A DNA stretch of 64,000 nucleotides. It comes from a virus. The first letter of the stretch is position 1; the number at the start of each line of letters is the position of its first letter. Location: IMG/VR virus record IMGVR_UViG_3300027797_000021, positions 27,617 to 91,616 of that record. The stretch is one strand, 5' to 3'. This document shows, piece after piece, positions 51,684-61,062 of the stretch. Both the position numbers and the translations under genes were made by a program. The notes beneath the pieces are model-generated. The model was not told the origin of the DNA. It did not search any database and saw nothing but the letters and a program-made list of their open reading frames with translations.

Positions 51684-52955
51684 TTATAGACTAATGGCCA
51701 CTCTGACTTCGATCTCTTTGAGTTCGAAGGCAGGTGTTAAAATAAGGTCTACAACCGCCTTGTTTTCGTTCGGGATATAAGAGACCGTAAAGTCACTACC
51801 GAGCAAGGCTCCTACAATTTGCATACCTCTCAAGCCAGAAGTAATTGCTGTTTCCATCGCATTTCTTGTTTGAATATTTGATGGCTCACCAACGAATCTC
51901 TGGCAGGCTTGTCTAACAACCGATGTAGCATCATTAATGATTCTCTTGGTTGAAAGACGAGTATAATCTGATGTTGACCAACTAAAGGTTAATCCATCTC
52001 CAAATACTGGGATCTTATTAAAGTTAACAACAACACTGTTTACGCCCTTGTCTGACAAGGCAGTTTGCTGCGTTCTAGTGGGGGAGTATCTTATAGCCTC
52101 GACATTGTAAGCTGCCTTATTAACGACTGAACTGTATGAAGGAAGTATGCTTATAGTTGCCGCCATATGTGTAGCTCCATTTGCATAACCAAAATCAACG
52201 CTTCCAGAAGAGTAGTTAACTGGCTTAATTTCTGTAGCAACAACTACCACATAGGGACCAGTCTCTTTTAGTAGGTCGCTATTGTTTCTAACTGGAAGAC
52301 TAGTAAGAGCCAAATGTGTATTGACATTTCCTGGAGTCATAGTCTCCGATGTTCCAGCGTATGGATTAACTCCCATAATTGCTATGCATGGATTGATATT
52401 TTCCGAAATATCTTTAACTTTTGCCGAAACCTTATACGCCCAGTTATAAGCGACGGTAGCAGAATTATCTGCATAGAATCCTACTGCCGGAGCAGTAGTG
52501 CTTGTGTTCGGCGTTGCACCTGTGAGGTCCCAGGTATATGGGTGACCACCACGACCCCAAGGAACAATGATGTCTGGGATGCAAGACTCTGCAGCAATGA
52601 ATGCATCGTCGAAAATGTCTACTGAGACGGGAGTGGCATCACTGCTTAAGCTAGTAACAGCTCCAGTAGATGGAACAAATACGGTATTGCTTGGTAACGG
52701 AACGATATACATTCTTCCGGCTCCAGCAATGAGCAATTCAAGGAATGCTCTGTGTGCATCTGATCCGTCACCAAAGGCAGAGATGACATCAGCTTCGTTT
52801 GAAACTCGTACGACATCAAGGTCAGCCACTCCACCGGTTAGATTTGGGGTGCTGCGCTTTGCAATTGCAACAATTCGAGGACCAGCTGGTGCGTCCTGAC
52901 GTGAGACGCTATAGAAGCGATCTCTGATTAAAGTTTTTACTCCAGGTATACCCAT
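51684..52955 (-). CDS. Tail sheath protein
   Basis: The C-terminal LSDKGVNSV...YTRLSTKRII...FVGEP...VDLILTPAFELKEIEV is typical of the contractile-sheath C-terminal domain. Confidence 0.85.
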   Translation of the reverse strand: MGIPGVKTLIRDRFYSVSRQDAPAGPRIVAIAKRSTPNLTGGVADLDVVRVSNEADVISAFGDGSDAHRAFLELLIAGAGRMYIVPLPSNTVFVPSTGAVTSLSSDATPVSVDIFDDAFIAAESCIPDIIVPWGRGGHPYTWDLTGATPNTSTTAPAVGFYADNSATVAYNWAYKVSAKVKDISENINPCIAIMGVNPYAGTSETMTPGNVNTHLALTSLPVRNNSDLLKETGPYVVVVATEIKPVNYSSGSVDFGYANGATHMAATISILPSYSSVVNKAAYNVEAIRYSPTRTQQTALSDKGVNSVVVNFNKIPVFGDGLTFSWSTSDYTRLSTKRIINDATSVVRQACQRFVGEPSNIQTRNAMETAITSGLRGMQIVGALLGSDFTVSYIPNENKAVVDLILTPAFELKEIEVRVAISL

Positions 52956-53003
52956 TTTGTTCTTTATCCTCCAAATTTCAAAACTCTATTTGAATCTCTC
53001 TTT

Positions 53004-53010
53004 ATAGTAA
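53004..53010 (-). promoter_or_regulatory. Candidate late-promoter motif TTACTAT
   Basis: Intergenic, about 49 nt upstream of the sheath ATG; the same motif is at 60963-60969 and 56813-56819, about 30 nt upstream of other starts. Confidence 0.35.
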
Positions 53011-53069
53011 CACACAACTTATAAAAACAACTACAAACTTAATTTTGGCAGAGATTAATATATACCATA

Positions 53070-53936
53070 TTAGCTATTGGGTGTTGCGCCCTGGAAAAGA
53101 TCTATGACATTACCTTCCGTTCCAGAGTAATTGGGAGTAGCAGCGTGCATCTCTTTAAGGAGTTCCTTCTCATAAGCCATCCACGTTCTTGCATCAACAA
53201 CAATCTTTTCAATTCTATTATTAGCTATTGCAAACGTTTTTTCAGTAGTTAACATATATGTGACGGTTCTTTTATGTATATCCTTGCCGTCTCTGTTTAT
53301 TTCTGAGTCTGACAGTCTCCTAGAATAGACTAATTCAGATGCGCCTGCGGCTTTAAAAATTGAAGTATATTCCAGCATAAAGTCCTCAAAGGCTTCCATG
53401 ACCTGATCACACAGAACTGCCGCATCAAGATCATCTCTGGTTGTCGTACTATTTGGCCCTTGGAAAGTTCCAACCTTGCTCATTACCGTAAAGCCTACTA
53501 CATTTTGAAATTTCTGACCATAGATTGTTACAGAATTAGAAAGTACATTTTGGCGCATTCTTGGCTTTGGCTCTGTCGTGTGGGATTTTCTTAGCTCTAA
53601 ATGATAACCGATTATTGCTGGAAAGTCATCTAGTCCAACATTTGTAGAAGACGGGGCTGACGAAAGATCTCTTGTGGAGTTTTCAATAGATCCAGAGTCC
53701 TTATACGTTACGGATGATTCTCTATTTATACTTAATGGAAGTATTGGTATTGTTGGATAGCTTTCTTCCCATATTTTTTTAACTAAGCTAACAAACTCTA
53801 GGTAAGTTAGATTTCCAGTGTATACTTCCTCAATTCCGTCACTATCTAACCTACGATAACCAGGAGCCTGCAGAGCAGGTAAACCATATCTTGCGTTTTC
53901 AGAAAAGTGAGGAAAATCTCTATTTAAGTAACCCAT
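53070..53936 (-). CDS. Putative tail terminator/tail completion protein
   Basis: 288 aa just upstream of the sheath; the GQKFQNVVGFTV...FEDFMLEY...RTVTY pattern fits a tail-completion fold; position supports this. Confidence 0.5.
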   Translation of the reverse strand: MGYLNRDFPHFSENARYGLPALQAPGYRRLDSDGIEEVYTGNLTYLEFVSLVKKIWEESYPTIPILPLSINRESSVTYKDSGSIENSTRDLSSAPSSTNVGLDDFPAIIGYHLELRKSHTTEPKPRMRQNVLSNSVTIYGQKFQNVVGFTVMSKVGTFQGPNSTTTRDDLDAAVLCDQVMEAFEDFMLEYTSIFKAAGASELVYSRRLSDSEINRDGKDIHKRTVTYMLTTEKTFAIANNRIEKIVVDARTWMAYEKELLKEMHAATPNYSGTEGNVIDLFQGATPNS

Positions 53937-53937
53937 A

Positions 53938-55530
53938 TTATGCTCCTGGACCAGCTGCTAGTGAAAAGTCTACCCTCTTTAATCCAAGGGCTGAAAGTAA
54001 TGCTATTTCAAAAATGAATACACCTCTTTGCGTTTCTGATGCCTGAACATTAAACGAGAAGTCATTTATTATTAAGTTTGTTTTAAGTGATTGTAAGAAA
54101 TCTTTAGTTTCAGAAACTATTTGGTCAAAAGCCATAATATCAAAATGGGACACTGCCTTTATTTCACTGACAACAAGCGATATTAGTCTCATTTGTGCTA
54201 GCTTAGTGAAGGCAGATCCTTCGCCAGCCATTGTATATTCATTAGTCAAATATACTTCGAAAGGTACTGCTCTTCTTGTCTTCTTTCCACGATATAGTGT
54301 ATTAATTCCCAAATCTTCTAGTCTCAAATACTCAGCTTGAGTGAGATCATTGCCGAATAAAGACATAGCTCCTGGTATTCTAGCTCTAACTAAAGCCCTA
54401 CTAACTGGAGCAGCGGATATCATTCCTGCGACTGCTGCTGCTGCATTCGAAACATAGCTTAACTTTATTTGAGGGTGCTGGAAAACCATTTCTCCATATA
54501 TTGGAACTATGTATCGACCCTTATCAGAAGATATTTGTCCAGTTTGATTATTGTAAATGGTAAATTTATCAGTAAATATAGGATTTTGTTCTATTATGTC
54601 TATGTCTGAGGCAGTAATGCCATTAGTTCTAGAGCCAATAATCCCTACTTGAACATTTCCAGTATTGTTGTGAAAATCAGAGCAATAAGTTGCAAGTTGC
54701 GTTACAAAATCTACTGTACCGGTATTTATAATGGAAGTTTCAAGTGGAACAATTATGTCTACAAAATCTAAATCTATTATATCTTGATAAGTCTGTTGAA
54801 GTCTTTCGTAATATTTTTCATAAAAAGTTTGAGAACTAGGGGTTGCTTGATCTCGATTAAATACTGTAGTAGATATAAATCTTCCTTCATAACTATCAAC
54901 ATACTCTATCATCGGCGCTGACGCACAAATCATTATATCTCTCGCCCCACATGAGTAAGCGTCTAAGACACCTCGCAAAAGCGGACTACTAAGATCTGCC
55001 TGGAGTAGATTAACTGCTTGTTGTATAGAATCAATTCTTACTGGAAAGTTTAAATCGATGCCGTCTGCGTGCCCTATTAATAGTAGCGTACTTGTATTGC
55101 TTGTGTTCAGCTGTTGATATGTAGGTCTGTAGCTGATTACGCTTGATTTTGGAGCTACGATTGTGGCGGGTGACAATGTGCTAGTGGATGCTTTTACCTG
55201 AAATACTGAAGCTACATTGATGTTTCTAACTGCGCTATTCGTTCTAGCTAAAACAGTGTAATTATACTCGTAAAGATTGTCAGGAACAGTATAATGGAAA
55301 ATATACTCTCCATTGGTGACTTTTTCTATTCTATTGCCCGTAGCTTCTGGATCTTGAGAAAGATACAGATAAGGGCCATCAATTACTGCGCCTGCCCCAC
55401 TTTCACCTCTAAGCACGTATATGCTTATATCTACGGGCGTGGCTAAACTAGCTGGATCATAAATTGTTCCATCAAAATCTGTAAATATAAATCTAAATTG
55501 AGCTGTCTGCCCCTTGGATAAAACTAACAT
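53938..55530 (-). CDS. Second sheath-like protein with an N-terminal Ig-like domain
   Basis: Start reassigned to MLVLSKGQ (ATG at 55530). LLIGHADG, LLRGVLDAYSCGARDI and LEDLGINTL...FTKLAQMRLI...INDFSFNV are sheath-type motifs. Confidence 0.6.
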   Translation of the reverse strand: MLVLSKGQTAQFRFIFTDFDGTIYDPASLATPVDISIYVLRGESGAGAVIDGPYLYLSQDPEATGNRIEKVTNGEYIFHYTVPDNLYEYNYTVLARTNSAVRNINVASVFQVKASTSTLSPATIVAPKSSVISYRPTYQQLNTSNTSTLLLIGHADGIDLNFPVRIDSIQQAVNLLQADLSSPLLRGVLDAYSCGARDIMICASAPMIEYVDSYEGRFISTTVFNRDQATPSSQTFYEKYYERLQQTYQDIIDLDFVDIIVPLETSIINTGTVDFVTQLATYCSDFHNNTGNVQVGIIGSRTNGITASDIDIIEQNPIFTDKFTIYNNQTGQISSDKGRYIVPIYGEMVFQHPQIKLSYVSNAAAAVAGMISAAPVSRALVRARIPGAMSLFGNDLTQAEYLRLEDLGINTLYRGKKTRRAVPFEVYLTNEYTMAGEGSAFTKLAQMRLISLVVSEIKAVSHFDIMAFDQIVSETKDFLQSLKTNLIINDFSFNVQASETQRGVFIFEIALLSALGLKRVDFSLAAGPGA

Positions 55531-55532
55531 TT

Positions 55533-55904
55533 TTACTTCTCTCTTGTGGCTCCGACAGTCCAATAGTTTATTTTCCCGAACCTACCCCTAACTGCAGTGG
55601 CTGCAGCTATGCTGAACATCGTATAATTTTTACTTGATTTTAAAGAATAATTTTCATATATTCTATCCCCCTCTTTGGGGAAGATATTTTCTTCAAAATA
55701 ATATACTGCGTCGTAGTTAGTTAAAATGCCTTCTTGAGTTTCAGTAGAAGAATTTGCATTAGTGGTGCCGGATTGTCCCACTTGACGTGTTGTTACTCTT
55801 TCAAAACGATCAGAATGGTTTCCATTATCCAGCATTCTCTGTATGTAAACGTCGTGTCCCCATTGTCTAAGTATACGATTAAATGATTTCTTTGCATCAA
55901 TCAT
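55533..55904 (-). CDS. Putative head-closure/head-tail joining protein
   Basis: Likely start MIDAKKSF (ATG at 55904). ILRQWGHDVYIQR...YYFE...PKEGDRIYE resembles SPP1 gp16-type stoppers; neck position. Confidence 0.5.
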   Translation of the reverse strand: MIDAKKSFNRILRQWGHDVYIQRMLDNGNHSDRFERVTTRQVGQSGTTNANSSTETQEGILTNYDAVYYFEENIFPKEGDRIYENYSLKSSKNYTMFSIAAATAVRGRFGKINYWTVGATREK

Positions 55905-56781
55905 AGCTTCTGAAACCTCTCTTTGGCATTGGGTCATCATTTATGTTAGTTGTTCCATTTGGATCATACAATTCTCTGCCAGACGGATATACAATTTTAT
56001 CAGTTAATTTGCTGTCATACATAGACAGGCCTGGTAGATTTTTGGGCTGGAATCCTCTTGGGCCAACTTTTGCTGCTAGCATTTCTTTTCTTAGTGCGGC
56101 AGCTATCTGACACCATGTCGTAGCATTGTCTCTGGTTACTCTATTCCTTGGTATGGATTTATTGGTAATGCTTAAATCGCCAAGTGTTAAAGACATTTCG
56201 TCGTCACCACCTAATCCATAGGTTCTCGAGAGCTCACAGGCTGTTGCAGCCTTTATGTATTCAAGAACTGTAAATGACAGATTCGATCCATCTTCTGCGT
56301 CTAAAAGATTATAAATAGCTTTTACTTCTGTTGAATAATTATAAATTATTTCACCTATCTCAAGAAGCGAGGCGTCTGGGAAGTAAGCCAAAAGAGACTC
56401 AGGATCCAAATATAAAGGAGTAACATCTGGCGCAAAAGTTATGCTCTCGTCACTTTTTAATATAATGGTAGGCTGATATTCTTCTACCGTAGAACTAACA
56501 TATAGTTTTTGTTCTACTACTACAGTATTGGAATTAGCTAATAAGCCAGTAAATTTAACAGTATATGCGCCAGCTACAGTTGGAGTGTAATCATAATAAA
56601 AAACTGAACTAGATATCTGGCTAGAGGTTCCTGAGTTTACGGTTGTATTAGAAGAGTTTTTTATTATTACTTGTGGATTTGACGCAGGGGATAGTGCTAT
56701 TTCATTTCCATTGGCGTCGATATCTTTAAACTTTACAGTTATTCTAACTGTATCACCGACTATCACTGTATCTGTTGACAT
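55897..56781 (-). CDS. Putative head-tail adaptor with an N-terminal Ig-like domain
   Basis: N-terminal VGDTVRITVKF...YYDYTP...GAY (Ig-like); C-terminal YIKAATAC...SLTLGDLSIT (adaptor-like). Confidence 0.5.
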   Translation of the reverse strand: MSTDTVIVGDTVRITVKFKDIDANGNEIALSPASNPQVIIKNSSNTTVNSGTSSQISSSVFYYDYTPTVAGAYTVKFTGLLANSNTVVVEQKLYVSSTVEEYQPTIILKSDESITFAPDVTPLYLDPESLLAYFPDASLLEIGEIIYNYSTEVKAIYNLLDAEDGSNLSFTVLEYIKAATACELSRTYGLGGDDEMSLTLGDLSITNKSIPRNRVTRDNATTWCQIAAALRKEMLAAKVGPRGFQPKNLPGLSMYDSKLTDKIVYPSGRELYDPNGTTNINDDPMPKRGFRSYD

Positions 56782-56796
56782 CTTTTACCTCTTAGT

Positions 56797-57249
56797 TTAA
56801 GCGTTAGACATAATAGTAACGTCGATTGTCCCTGCCGAGTTATCCTCTAGAATAATAGTTTCTGCGCTGGAAATGGCATAGGCTTCATTCTTATTTATCG
56901 ATATTGCTATATATCCAGAGCTATACGTATCTTCGCTATTTAAACTTGAAATGGCATACGCGTTTGCGTTTATTGTACTTATTTCTGAGGATCCGTAACC
57001 GTCAAACATTGCAAAAGTCATATAGGATGACGTCTCAGTGTTTTCTATTACTCCGCTTGGAGTGATAACGGAATGACTATTAACAAAAACTAATGTGCTA
57101 TCTACAGATGGTGGCGATATAACAATAACGCCTAATATGTTTAGGCCACCAAAATTAGTAGTTAACCCAAAAGACTGAGGAGAAACTACATATACACCAC
57201 TATAATTGAAATGAGCTTGGTTATAGTCTATATCTCCATTGTAGAGCAT
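56797..57249 (-). CDS. Hypothetical virion protein
   Basis: 150 aa, beta-rich, in the fibre/neck cluster. Confidence 0.5.
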   Translation of the reverse strand: MLYNGDIDYNQAHFNYSGVYVVSPQSFGLTTNFGGLNILGVIVISPPSVDSTLVFVNSHSVITPSGVIENTETSSYMTFAMFDGYGSSEISTINANAYAISSLNSEDTYSSGYIAISINKNEAYAISSAETIILEDNSAGTIDVTIMSNA

Positions 57250-57262
57250 CTAAATCCTTTTA

Positions 57263-59396
57263 TTAGAATGTTCCACAATCAAATGTTATACCATCTATAG
57301 AACCACCGGTAATCGAAACGCTACTAGAAGCTTGCGTGGCCATTGATCCCAGTCCAAGAGTTGTTCTTCCACCAGCAGCGTCTACATCGTCAACCAATGA
57401 TCTACCAAATGTAGTGAACGTTGCTAAAGCTGCGGTGCCAGACCCCGTAAAATATGGAAGCCTGTCTGCAGCAGAAGTCAAGCCTGCTATAGCGGCAAGA
57501 TCTGCGTCATAGGCTTGAACATCTGAGCCGATGGCTAGACCAAGGCTTGCTTGTGCGGGCGCCTGATGCGCTAGTTGCTCCAGTTCCGCCATTAGCTAAG
57601 GCGATTGTGCTGCCATTCCAAGTGCCAGCTGTAATGGTTCCGACGGTGACAATACTGTCATCGCCAGAATAGGTTCCACCAGCCACTGCAGCAAGTGTAG
57701 CGTTGTATGCCTGAACATCGGACCCGATTGCAAGGCCTAGACTAGTTCTGGCCCCTGAAGCTGACGTTGCACCAGTACCACCGTTAGCCAAGGCAATAGC
57801 CGTACCATTCCAAACACCAGTTGCAATTGTTCCAACTGAAGTAAGGCTTGAGGCAGTTACTCCTGAGCCAAGAGTTGAGCCAGAGAGTACAGAAGTCCCT
57901 GCAATCAACAATGACTTGCCAGTCAGAAGATTAAGATTTTCTGAAGACGTCCATGCGTCAGTTGCGTCAATCCAGTTAAAGGTCTTATCTGTAGCACCCT
58001 TGAGTGTAAGGCCACCACCATCGGCACCTGCGTCTGTCGGGCTCGCAGTAGATCCAAGTTCGATGTTCTTATCGTCAACAGTTACAGTAGTTGAATTGAT
58101 TGTAGTGGTTGTGCCGTTGACTGTTAGATCGCCGGAAAGGACAAGGGAGGTACCAGTGGCAGCTCCGATGTTTGGCGTTACAAGCGTTGGCGTGTTAGCA
58201 AAAACGAGTGCGCCAGAACCAGTTTCATCTGAAATCACTGAAATAAGTTCTGCTGAAGTAGTAGCTGCAAAATCCGAAAGCTTATTTGCAGTAAGTGCTA
58301 CAGTACCACTGGCATCTGGGAGTGTAATTGTTCTATCTGCGGTTGGATCTGTGATTGCAAGAGTTGTTTCATGAGCGTCAGCTGTTGCACCTTCAAAAAC
58401 CATGCTTCCACTATTAAGTGTAAGTCCTGCAAATGTTACGCTTGCAGAGGTTGCTACATCTTGACCAATAGATAATGAGTGAGTTGTCCCCTCACCTGTT
58501 GTTGCTGCAGAAGAAGTAACGCCAGTTCCACCAGTTATTGTTGCTACATAGTTGCCACTAGTATTAGTTCCAAGCGCAATTTCTATAGTTGTAGAACTTG
58601 CTGCGGTTAAACGACCCTGGGCGTCAACCGTGAAGCTACCGACTGATGCAGCACCGCCGTATGAGCCAGCTGTTACTGCAGTGTTATCAAGGTTTAGGGT
58701 AAGCGTGTCAGTTGCAGAGGCCACCGATGTTAGGCCTGTGCCACCAACTATAGTGAAGGTATCTCCACCGGAAATTGTTAAATTGTCACCGTTGTCTGCA
58801 TCTACTGTAAATGAAGTAGAAATAGAAGCTGTTCCTGCTGCGGTCAAACGACCTTGAGCGTCAACTGTAAAGGTTGGAATTGCGCTAGCTGAACCATAAG
58901 ATCCTGCGGATACTGCAGTGTTATCTAAGTTCAATGTAATGGTATTAGTTGCGCTAGCGACAGATGAAAGCCCAGTTCCACCAGATATAGTTACGGTTTC
59001 TGCGTCATCGATTGTTTGCGAAGATCCCGAATCACCTGCTAAAGTAAAGTTGTATGTAGATGCAACTACAGCGCCATCTACATATGCTGTAGTTGCTACC
59101 GATGTTGAGTTGTTGCCAGCTGTTTGTGTCGTTGCAGTTGCAGAACCACCAAGGGCTAGTGTTCCAGAAAATGTTTTATTTCCAGTAATAGTTTGAGTGC
59201 CCGACAAGCCTACATAGGCGCCCAGGCCAGCAATGGCTTGAATTGTGGTTGCAGTTCCCCCTGCTCCACCTGATCCTTTACCGTAGTAAAGGACATCATC
59301 AGCTTCATTATATGCCAGCTCTGCGTTTTCAAGACTTGAGGGTGCGCCAGCAGCCCCGCCAGATGCTCTTCTTTTGATTCTGATTGTATTAGCCAT
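57263..59396 (-). pseudogene. Fibre protein gene interrupted by a 4-bp duplication (709 aa if repaired)
   Basis: Start MANTIRIKRR at 59396 with a GGAGG SD. GCTTGCTT at 57545-57552 breaks the second [17 protein letters not shown] repeat, and the downstream frame resumes the repeat and ends in DCGTF. Confidence 0.75.
58603..59050 (-). repeat. Two-copy internal fibre repeat, period 237 nt (79 aa)
   Basis: GGTGL.SVASAT.T.TLNLDNTAV.AGSYG.A....FTVDAQGRLTAA occurs twice; gcggt.aaacgacc is at 58603 and 58840. Confidence 0.85.
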
Positions 59397-59398
59397 GA

Positions 59399-59737
59399 TT
59401 AAAAATTTCCTCCATCGGTAAGGTTTTCTTCGGGGTGATTCACCCAAACTGAACCGTTGTAACGCAAAACGTTACCTGAGTTCACTGTGGTAATAGTAAC
59501 GTCAGTCAATCCATTTAGAACTGATTGAGTAGTAATTGTAGTTTCTGCAGCTATTATTCTATCTTTAACTGTTAAATGACTGCCTGCTGGACTCAATCCC
59601 AAGACCGTTTGCATGGCCTCAATGGCGTCATTTGCATTAGCGTGCTGTTGATGGTGAGGTACCGTTACTGAATTAAGCGCATCAGATGATGTAGGATTGA
59701 TCAATACGTCCAATGCTGCGGGATACTGGGTGGTCAT
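59399..59737 (-). CDS. Small fibre-associated/minor structural protein
   Basis: 112 aa; YPAALD...PHHQQHANANDAIEAMQ, then an LNGLTDV...GNVLRYNGSVWVN fibre-type repeat, ending DGGNF. Confidence 0.6.
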   Translation of the reverse strand: MTTQYPAALDVLINPTSSDALNSVTVPHHQQHANANDAIEAMQTVLGLSPAGSHLTVKDRIIAAETTITTQSVLNGLTDVTITTVNSGNVLRYNGSVWVNHPEENLTDGGNF

Positions 59738-59746
59738 AAAAATCCT

Positions 59747-60157
59747 TTATAAACTAAATATTTTATATTGTTCGTTACTCCAATTAATTGTGATGGAGAT
59801 AGGACTAGCACTAGAAGATACTGGAAGTCCAGTAGCTGTATCTATGTAGGCTAAAAGTCTTGATGTAGATCTAACTCCAGTATCTTTATATAAAACTAGA
59901 TAGGCAAAACCGCTAGTCCCGTAATCTTCTATTGTAATATTATCAGCATCAAAGACACCAGATGCTGTTGTTTTTCCGCTTAATAAACTAGTAGTTGCTG
60001 CGACTGAATCTTCACTAATGCTTGATAAGAATTCATGTGTACTTAAATTTACTGTATAAGTATTTTTTACTAATGCAATTTTTAAGTTATTGTCAGTTAG
60101 GTCAAATAAACCCTCTAGTAGGCCTTCTTTACCTTTTGTGTATAATGCATTTGCCAT
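59747..60157 (-). CDS. Small virion structural protein
   Basis: 136 aa; MANALYTKGKE...LKIALV...GVFDADN...LLAYID is a pattern common in phage minor structural proteins. Confidence 0.6.
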   Translation of the reverse strand: MANALYTKGKEGLLEGLFDLTDNNLKIALVKNTYTVNLSTHEFLSSISEDSVAATTSLLSGKTTASGVFDADNITIEDYGTSGFAYLVLYKDTGVRSTSRLLAYIDTATGLPVSSSASPISITINWSNEQYKIFSL

Positions 60158-60930
60158 TACAGACCCACCTCAGCCGATACGATTACTCTGTATTTATAGC
60201 CTGATTCAAAGTAATTTTTTCCATCAACATAGTAAACGGGAGTAGCGTCGTCTGACGGGAAGTCAATATATACATCTGGCTTCCATGAGTGCATCGAAAC
60301 CTCTGATGATACATTTTCCCATCTCGATGGAGTCTTTTGAATTTTCTTACGTTGAGCTTTAAAGTATTTTAATGTCAGAAAGTTTGATGCTGGACGAGAA
60401 CTGAATACAACTGTCACTCTTCCATTGTTCTCATCGTTGTTTAAATAAAAGTCACCATTAGAAGGATTAGTTGATTCTATATAGAAATTAGGATTCTTTG
60501 CTAGTATCTGATATCCAGTTTCTATATCAGCTCTTACTGATTTATCCTCTATCAACACTTCGTTAAGTACTGTTGCTTGGCTCTCTTGTAGAATTGAAGG
60601 AGTTGCCGAATTAGTTTGGCTAGTAAAGCTAATTTTTTCCTCAGCCACTGTTAGCCCAGATGAGTCAACTAAGTTAGTGACCCTGACAATATAGTCGGTA
60701 TTAGAGCTTAATACTGAATTCCAATAAAGAGTTAAAGTTCTACTGATCTGATTATAATCAGTAATTGTATTTATCGTTCTAAATGGAGATGAACTTTGAA
60801 CAGGTGTAGCTGAATCTGTTTGTACAATAAAATTAGCATTTATTAATGATGCTATCTTGATTGTCCTGCCAAATTTAATATTTACTGTATTAACAGTAAC
60901 TGTAGCACTATCTATCAAATATAAAGCCAC
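60157..60930 (-). CDS. Ig-like domain virion protein
   Basis: 257 aa with two Ig-like beta units (LSSNTDYIVRV, ESGYKYRVIV); immediately downstream of the capsid gene. Confidence 0.55.
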   Translation of the reverse strand: MALYLIDSATVTVNTVNIKFGRTIKIASLINANFIVQTDSATPVQSSSPFRTINTITDYNQISRTLTLYWNSVLSSNTDYIVRVTNLVDSSGLTVAEEKISFTSQTNSATPSILQESQATVLNEVLIEDKSVRADIETGYQILAKNPNFYIESTNPSNGDFYLNNDENNGRVTVVFSSRPASNFLTLKYFKAQRKKIQKTPSRWENVSSEVSMHSWKPDVYIDFPSDDATPVYYVDGKNYFESGYKYRVIVSAEVGL

Positions 60931-60983
60931 TCAACACACTCCATAATTATAATCCTGAACTAATAGTAATAAATTAATTCAAT

Positions 60984-61026
60984 AAAAAGCAAAGGGGCAG
61001 TAGATTTCTCTACCGCCCCCAGCTTT
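60984..61026 (-). terminator. Rho-independent terminator after the major capsid gene
   Basis: The minus strand reads GGGGCGGTAGA-GAAA-TCTACTGCCCC followed by TTTGCTTTTT. Confidence 0.8.
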
Positions 61027-61058
61027 AGGGTAATTTGTAACTATAACGACCCTAAGGT
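61025..61058. other. Hairpin containing a 20/22 match to 23S rRNA helix 69 / the I-CeuI site
   Basis: Plus strand 61037-61058 GTAACTATAACGACCCTAAGGT versus 23S GTAACTATAACGGTCCTAAGGT; stem TTAGGGT (61025-61031) / ACCCTAA (61049-61055). Confidence 0.6.
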
Positions 61059-61062
61059 TCTA

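Noticed and set aside
59397-59447. ORF-track 5' extensions (fibre start 59447; also 55563 and 55940)
   Set aside because: They overlap upstream genes; downstream ATGs at 59396, 55530 and 55904 fit SD position or translational coupling better.
61037-61058. An rRNA gene fragment or host contamination
   Set aside because: Similarity stops at 22 nt and the flanks are a phage stop codon and terminator; kept only as a short motif finding.
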